Below, one piece after another: positions 55,701-64,000 of a stretch of DNA of 64,000 nucleotides. Origin of the DNA: Auanema rhodensis (taxonomy: Eukaryota > Animalia > Nematoda); assembly GCA_964057225.1 (NCBI GenBank), contig OZ059899.1, forward strand, positions 1,736,001 to 1,800,000, in the 5' to 3' direction. The notes beneath the pieces are model-generated. The model was not told the DNA's origin, made no database searches, and worked only from the letters and a program-made list of their open reading frames with translations. Within the stretch, counting starts at the first letter, position 1. Every line of letters begins with the position of its first letter. The position numbers and the translations under genes were made by a program.

Positions 55701-58700
55701 AAAATTTTTTCGAAAAATTTCAAAATAATTTAGCAAAAAGTAGATGTTTTTAGATTCCATTTTTCAAGGCAAAGACGATGGACAATGTTATTCAACGAAA
55801 AAAATAATTCTTCAGGGTGAAAATCGAGGATATAAGTGTGAACTTATATCAGTTGATATCTCGGTGCATTTTTAAGCTAGCGCAAATCTGATAACACAGA
55901 TCGACGCAGCTTAAAAATCCGCATCGAATGCACTATACTACATTGAGAAACGCTTGATACAAAAATTAGTTATGATCGTTTGAAAAATGATGCATTAGTG
56001 TATGTTGAGTTTCCATGTACACTCAGCATTGCTTCCAAAAACATTTTGACAAAAATTTTTTTGAAAAATTTCAGAATAATTTAGCAAAAAGTAGATGTTT
56101 TTAGATTCCATTTTTCAAGGCAAAGACGATGGACAATGTTATTCAACGAAAAAAATAATTCTTCAGGGTGAAAATCGAGGATATAAGTGTGAACTTATAT
56201 CAGTTGATATCTCGGTGCATTTTTAAGCTAGCGCAAATCTGATAACACAGATCGACGCAGCTTAAAAATCCGCATCGAATGCACTATACTACATTGAGAA
56301 AAACTTAATACAAAAATTAGTTATGATCGTTTGAAAAATGATGCATTAGTGTATGTTGAGTTTCCATGTACACTCAACATTGCTTCCAAAAACATTTTGA
56401 CAAAAATTTTTTCGAAAAATTTCAAAATAATTTAGCAAAAAGTAGATGTTTTTAGATTCCATTTTTCAAGGCAAAGACGATGGACAATGTTATTCAACGA
56501 AAAAAATAATTCTTCAGGGTGAAAATCGAGGATATAAGTGTGAACTTATATCAGTTGATATCTCGGTGCATTTTTAAGCTAGCGCAAATCTGATAACACA
56601 GATCGACGCAGCTTAAAAATCCGCATCGAATGCACTATACTACATTGAGAAACGCTTGATACAAAAATTAGTTAAGATCGTTTGAAAAATGATGCATTAG
56701 TGTATGTTGAGTTTCCATGTACACTCAACATTGCTTCCAAAAACATTTTGACAAAAATTTTTTCGAAAAATTTCAAAATAATTTAGCAAAAAGTAGATGT
56801 TTTTAGATTCCATTTTTCAAGGCAAAGACGATGGACAATGTTATTCAACGAAAAAATTAATTCTTCAGAGTGAAAATCGAGGATATAAGTGTGAACTTAT
56901 ATCAGTTGATATCTCGGTACATTTTTAAGCTAGCGCAAATCTGATAACACAGATCGACGCAACTTAAAAATCCGCATCGAATGCACTATACTAAATTGAG
57001 AAACGCTTGATACAAAAATTAGTTATGATCGTTTGAAAAATGATGCATTAGTGTATGTTGAGTTTCCATGTACACTCAGCATTGCTTCCAAAAACATTTT
57101 GACAAAAATTTTTTTGAAAAATTTCAGAATAATTTAGCAAAAAGTAGATGTTTTTAGATTCCATTTTTCAAGGCAAAGACGATGGACAATGTTATTCAAC
57201 GAAAAAAATAATTCTTCAGGGTGAAAATCGAGGATATAAGTGTGAACTTATATCAGTTGATATCTCGGTGCATTTTTAAGCTAGCGCAAATCTGATAACA
57301 CAGATCGACGCAGCTTAAAAATCCGCATCGAATGCACTATACTACATTGAGAAAAACTTAATACAAAAATTAGTTATGATCGTTTGAAAAATGATGCATT
57401 AGTGTATGTTGAGTTTCCATGTACACTCAACATTGCTTCCAAAAACATTTTGACAAAAATTTTTTCGAAAAATTTCAAAATAATTTAGCAAAAAGTAGAT
57501 GTTTTTAGATTCCATTTTTCAAGGCAAAGACGATGGACAATGTTATTCAACGAAAAAAATAATTCTTCAGGGTGAAAATCGAGGATATAAGTGTGAACTT
57601 ATATCAGTTGATATCTCGGTGCATTTTTAAGCTAGCGCAAATCTGATAACACAGATCGACGCAGCTTAAAAATCCGCATCGAATGCACTATACTACATTG
57701 AGAAACGCTTGATACAAAAATTAGTTAAGATCGTTTGAAAAATGATGCATTAGTGTATGTTGAGTTTCCATGTACACTCAACATTGCTTCCAAAAACATT
57801 TTGACAAAAATTTTTTCGAAAAATTTCAAAATAATTTAGCAAAAAGTAGATGTTTTTAGATTCCATTTTTCAAGGCAAAGACGATGGACAATGTTATTCA
57901 ACGAAAAAATTAATTCTTCAGAGTGAAAATCGAGGATATAAGTGTGAACTTATATCAGTTGATATCTCGGTACATTTTTAAGCTAGCGCAAATCTGATAA
58001 CACAGATCGACGCAACTTAAAAATCCGCATCGAATGCACTATACTAAATTGAGAAACGCTTGATACAAAAATTAGTTATGATCGTTTGAAAAATGATGCA
58101 TTAGTGTATGTTGAGTTTCCATGTACACTCAACATTGCTTCCAAAAACATTTTGACAAAAATTTTTTCGAAAAATTTCAAAATAATTTAGCAAAAAGTAG
58201 ATGTTTTTAGATTCCATTTTTCAAGGCAAAGACGATGGACAATGTTATTCAACGAAAAAAATAATTCTTCAGGGTGAAAATCGAGGATATATGTGTGAAC
58301 TTATATCAGTTGATATCTCGGTGCATTTTTAAGCTAGCGCAAATCTGATAACACAGATCGACGCAGCTTAAAAATCCGCATCGAATGCACTATACTACAT
58401 TGAGAAACGCTTGATACAAAAATTAGTTATGATCGTTTGAAAAATGATGCATTAGTGTATGTTGAGTTTCCATGTACACTCAACATTGCTTCCAAAAACA
58501 TTTTGACAAAAATTTTTTCGAAAAATTTCAAAATAATTTAGCAAAAAGTAGATGTTTTTAAATTCTTTTTTTCAAGGCAAAGACGATGGACAATGTTATT
58601 CAACGAAAAAAATAATTCTTCAGGGTGAAAATCGAGGATATAAGTGTGAACTTATATCAGTTGATATCTCGGTGCATTTTTAAGCTAGCGCAAATCTGAT

Positions 58701-61700
58701 AACACAGATCGACGCAGCTTAAAAATCCGCATCGAATGCACTATACTAAATTGAGAAACGCTTGATACAAAAATTAGTTATGATCGTTTGAAAAATGATG
58801 CATTAGTGTATGTTGAGTTTCCATGTACACTCAACATTGCTTCCAAAAACATTTTGACAAAAATTTTTTCGAAAAATTTCAAAATAATTTAGCAAAAAGT
58901 AGATGTTTTTAGATTCCATTTTTCAAGGCAAAGACGATGGACAATGTTATTCAACGAAAAAAATAATTTTTCAGGGTGAAAATCGAGGATATATGTGTGA
59001 ACTTATATCAGTTGATATCTCGGTGCATTTTTAAGCTAGCGCAAATCTGATAACACAGATCGACGCAGCTTAAAAATCCGCATCGAATGCACTATACTAC
59101 ATTGAGAAACGCTTGATACAAAAATTAGTTATGATCGTTTGAAAAATGATGCATTAGTGTATGTTGAGTTTCCATGTACACTCAACATTGCTTCCAAAAA
59201 CATTTTGACAAAAATTTTTTCGAAAAATTTCAAAATAATTTAGCAAAAAGTAGATGTTTTTAAATTCTTTTTTTCAAGGCAAAGACGATGGACAATGTTA
59301 TTCAACGAAAAAAATAATTCTTCAGGGTGAAAATCGAGGATATAAGTGTGAACTTATATCAGTTGATATCTCGGTGCATTTTTAAGCTAGCGCAAATCTG
59401 ATAACACAGATCGACGCAGCTTAAAAATCCGCATCGAATGCACTATACTACATTGAGAAACGCTTAATACAAAAATTAGTTATGATCGTTTGAAAAATGA
59501 TGCATTAGTGTATGTTGAGTTTCCATGTACACTCAACATTGCTTCCAAAAACATTTTGACAAAAATTTTTTTGAAAAATTTCAGAATAATTTAGCAAAAA
59601 GTAGATGTTTTTAGATTCCATTTTTCAAGGCAAAGACGATAGACAGTGTTATTCAACAAGAAAATTAATTCTTCAGGGTGAAAATCGAGGATATAAGTGT
59701 GAACTTATATCAGTTGATATCTCGGTGCATTTTTAAGCTAGCGCAAATCTGATAACACAGATCGACGCAGCTTAAAAATCCGCATCGAATGCACTATACT
59801 ACATTGAGAAAGGCTTAATACAAAAATTAGTTATGATCGTTTGAAAAATGATGCATTAGTGTATGTTGAGTTTCCATGTACACTCAACATTGCTTCCAAA
59901 AACATTTTGACAAAAATTTTTTCGAAAAATTTCAAAATAATTTAGCAAAAAGTAGATGTTTTTAGATTCCATTTTTCAAGGCAAAGACGATGGACAATGT
60001 TATTCAACGAAAAAAATAATTCTTCAGGGTGAAAATCGAGGATATAAGTGTGAACTTATATCAGTTGATATCTCGGTGCATTTTTAAGCTAGCGCAAATC
60101 TGATAACACAGATCGACGCAGCTTAAAAATCCGCATCGAATGCACTATACTACATTGAGAAACGCTTAATACAAAAATTAGTTATGATCGTTTGAAAAAT
60201 GATGCATTAGTGTATGTTGAGTTTCCATGTACACTCAACATTGCTTCCAAAAACATTTTGACAAAAATTTTTTCGAAAAATTTCAAAATAATTTAGCAAA
60301 AAGTAGATGTTTTTAGATTCCATTTTTCAAGGCAAAGACGATGGACAATGTTATTCAACGAAAAAATTAATTCTTCAGAGTGAAAATCGAGGATATAAGT
60401 GTGAACTTATATCAGTTGATATCTCGGTGCATTTTTAAGCTAGCGCAAATCTGATAACACAGATCGACGCAACTTAAAAATCCGCATCGAATGCACTATA
60501 CTAAATTGAGAAACGCTTGATACAAAAATTAGTTATGATCGTTTGAAAAATGATGCATTAGTGTATGTTGAGTTTCCATGTACACTCAACATTGCTTCCA
60601 AAAACATTTTGACAAAAATTTTTTCGAAAAATTTCAAAATAATTTAGCAAAAAGTAGATGTTTTTAGATTCCATTTTTCAAGGCAAAGACGATGGACAAT
60701 GTTATTCAACGAAAAAAATAATTCTTCAGGGTGAAAATCGAGGATATATGTGTGAACTTATATCAGTTGATATCTCGGTGCATTTTTAAGCTAGCGCAAA
60801 TCTGATAACACAGATCGACGCAGCTTAAAAATCCGCATCGAATGCACTATACTACATTGAGAAACGCTTGATACAAAAATTAGTTATGATCGTTTGAAAA
60901 ATGATGCATTAGTGTATGTTGAGTTTCCATGTACACTCAACATTGCTTCCAAAAACATTTTGACAAAAATTTTTTCGAAAAATTTCAAAATAATTTAGCA
61001 AAAAGTAGATGTTTTTAAATTCTTTTTTTCAAGGCAAAGACGATGGACAATGTTATTCAACGAAAAAAATAATTCTTCAGGGTGAAAATCGAGGATATAA
61101 GTGTGAACTTATATCAGTTGATATCTCGGTGCATTTTTAAGCTAGCGCAAATCTGATAACACAGATCGACGCAGCTTAAAAATCCGCATCGAATGCACTA
61201 TACTAAATTGAGAAACGCTTGATACAAAAATTAGTTATGATCGTTTGAAAAATGATGCATTAGTGTATGTTGAGTTTCCATGTACACTCAACATTGCTTC
61301 CAAAAACATTTTGACAAAAATTTTTTCGAAAAATTTCAAAATAATTTAGCAAAAAGTAGATGTTTTTAAATTCTTTTTTTCAAGGCAAAGACGATGGACA
61401 ATGTTATTCAACGAAAAAAATAATTCTTCAGGGTGAAAATCGAGGATATAAGTGTGAACTTATATCAGTTGATATCTCGGTGCATTTTTAAGCTAGCGCA
61501 AATCTGATAACACAGATCGACGCAGCTTAAAAATCCGCATCGAATGCACTATACTAAATTGAGAAACGCTTGATACAAAAATTAGTTATGATCGTTTGAA
61601 AAATGATGCATTAGTGTATGTTGAGTTTCCATGTACACTCAACATTGCTTCCAAAAACATTTTGACAAAAATTTTTTCGAAAAATTTCAAAATAATTTAG

Positions 61701-63565
61701 CAAAAAGTAGATGTTTTTAGATTCCATTTTTCAAGGCAAAGACGATGGACAATGTTATTCAACGAAAAAAATAATTCTTCAGGGTGAAAATCGAGGATAT
61801 ATGTGTGAACTTATATCAGTTGATATCTCGGTGCATTTTTAAGCTAGCGCAAATCTGATAACACAGATCGACGCAGCTTAAAAATCCGCATCGAATGCAC
61901 TATACTACATTGAGAAACGCTTGATACAAAAATTAGTTATGATCGTTTGAAAAATGATGCATTAGTGTATGTTGAGTTTCCATGTACACTCAACATTGCT
62001 TCCAAAAACATTTTGACAAAAATTTTTTCGAAAAATTTCAAAATAATTTAGCAAAAAGTAGATGTTTTTAAATTCTTTTTTTCAAGGCAAAGACGATGGA
62101 CAATGTTATTCAACGAAAAAAATAATTCTTCAGGGTGAAAATCGAGGATATAAGTGTGAACTTATATCAGTTGATATCTCGGTGCATTTTTAAGCTAGCG
62201 CAAATCTGATAACACAGATCGACGCAGCTTAAAAATCCGCATCGAATGCACTATACTACATTGAGAAACGCTTAATACAAAAATTAGTTATGATCGTTTG
62301 AAAAATGATGCATTAGTGTATGTTGAGTTTCCATGTACACTCAACATTGCTTCCAAAAACATTTTGACAAAAATTTTTTTGAAAAATTTCAGAATAATTT
62401 AGCAAAAAGTAGATGTTTTTAGATTCCATTTTTCAAGGCAAAGACGATAGACAGTGTTATTCAACAAGAAAATTAATTCTTCAGGGTGAAAATCGAGGAT
62501 ATAAGTGTGAACTTATATCAGTTGATATCTCGGTGCATTTTTAAGCTAGCGCAAATCTGATAACACAGATCGACGCAGCTTAAAAATCCGCATCGAATGC
62601 ACTATACTACATTGAGAAAGGCTTAATACAAAAATTAGTTATGATCGTTTGAAAAATGATGCATTAGTGTATGTTGAGTTTCCATGTACACTCAACATTG
62701 CTTCCAAAAACATTTTGACAAAAATTTTTTCGAAAAATTTCAAAATAATTTAGCAAAAAGTAGATGTTTTTAGATTCCATTTTTCAAGGCAAAGACGATG
62801 GACAATGTTATTCAACGAAAAAAATAATTCTTCAGGGTGAAAATCGAGGATATAAGTGTGAACTTATATCAGTTGATATCTCGGTGCATTTTTAAGCTAG
62901 CGCAAATCTGATAACACAGATCGACGCAGCTTAAAAATCCGCATCGAATGCACTATACTACATTGAGAAACGCTTAATACAAAAATTAGTTATGATCGTT
63001 TGAAAAATGATGCATTAGTGTATGTTGAGTTTCCATGTACACTCAACATTGCTTCCAAAAACATTTTGACAAAAATTTTTTCGAAAAATTTCAAAATAAT
63101 TTAGCAAAAAGTAGATGTTTTTAGATTCCATTTTTCAAGGCAAAGACGATGGACAATGTTATTCAACGAAAAAATTAATTCTTCAGAGCGAAAATCGAGG
63201 ATATAAGTGTGAACTTATATCAGTTGATATCTCGGTGCATTTTTAAGCTAGCGCAAATCTGATAACACAGATCGACGCAACTTAAAAATCCGCATCGAAT
63301 GCACTATACTACATTGAGAAACGCTTGATACAAAAATTAGTTATGATCGTTTGAAAAATGATGCATTAGTGTATGTTGAGTTTCCATGTATACTCAACAT
63401 TGCTTCCAAAAACATTTTGACAAAAATTTTTTCGAAAAATTTCAAATAAATTTAGCAAAAAGTAGATGTTTTTAGATTCCATTTCTCAAGGCAAAGACGA
63501 TGGACAATGTTATTCAACGAAAAAATTAATTCTTCAGGGTGAAAATTGAGGATATAAGTGTGAAT
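46718..63565. repeat. 24-monomer higher-order repeat (8424 bp), two apparently identical tandem copies (~46718-55141 / ~55142-63565)
   Basis: Private markers occur exactly twice, 8424 apart: AATTTTTCAG (50545/58969), AGAGCGAAAA (54765/63189), CATGTATACT (54967/63391) and GTGAATTTAT (55141/63565). All intervening monomer haplotypes matched on inspection. Confidence 0.92.
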
Positions 63566-64000
63566 TTATATCAGTTGATATCTCGGTGCATTTTTCAGCT
63601 AACGCAAATCTGATAACACAGATCGACGCAGCTTAAAAATCCGCATCGAATGCACTATACTACATTGAGAAACGCTTGATACAAAAATTAGTTATGATCG
63701 TTTGAAAAATGATGCATTAGTGTATGTTGAGTTTCCATGTACACTCAACATTGCTTCCAAAAACATTTTGACAAAAATTTTTTCGAAAAATTTCAGAATA
63801 ATTTAGCAAAAAGTAGATGTTTTTAGATTCCTTTTTTCAAGGCAAAGACGATAGACAATGTTATTCAACGAAAAAATTAATTCTTCAGGGTGAAAATCGA
63901 GGATATAAGTGTGAACTTATATCAGTTGATATCTCGGTGCATTTTTAAGCTAGCGCAAATCTGATAACACAGATCGACGCAACTTAAAAATCCGCATCGA

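Larger units (their letters stand above)
1..64000. repeat. Tandem satellite DNA array, 351-bp AT-rich monomer, ~182.3 head-to-tail copies, typically only a few substitutions per monomer; likely centromeric/pericentromeric heterochromatin
   Basis: TCTTCAG(G/A)GTGAAAAT recurs at 1, 352, 703, 3511, 7021, 10531, and after a 1-bp deletion at 14391, 17901, 21411 ... 60021, 63531, 63882. The period is exactly 351, with no unique sequence or orientation switch. The array runs off both window edges. The chromosomal location is inferred. Confidence 0.98.

Noticed and set aside
1-64000. CRISPR-like array (palindromic repeats at regular spacing)
   Set aside because: There are no unique spacers: the entire 351 bp is repeated. 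No cas genes or leader are present.
1-64000. Embedded transposon insertion, inversion or unique island
   Set aside because: The 351-bp phase holds at every 3510-bp checkpoint apart from the single 1-bp deletion, leaving no room for an insertion. No reverse-orientation monomers were seen.

Overview
The whole 64 kb window is one uninterrupted, head-to-tail satellite DNA array: about 182.3 copies of a 351-bp monomer with ~32% GC (hand count on the consensus: 53 C + 58 G). Monomers start at 1, 352, 703, ... (1+351n) up to a single 1-bp deletion at ~12944, and at 351k thereafter (14391, 17901, ... 63531, 63882). I see no genes, since all six reading frames carry stops in every monomer, and no RNA genes, CRISPR arrays or inserted transposons. 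This looks like eukaryotic centromeric or pericentromeric heterochromatin, but I do not recognise the family or species. There are two layers of structure. (1) The monomer is packed with dyad symmetries: three stem-loops, palindromic A-tracts and a 10-bp long-range inverted repeat. (2) Monomer SNPs record a nested history of higher-order duplications (2-, 3-, 4-, 5/7-, 11-, 14-spaced and 24-mers), haplotype domains along the array, and apparent gene-conversion tracts. The most striking case is an apparently identical 24-monomer (8424-bp) tandem duplication whose junction maps to ~30 bp. I found no support for a novel protein-coding system. All variant calls were made by eye.
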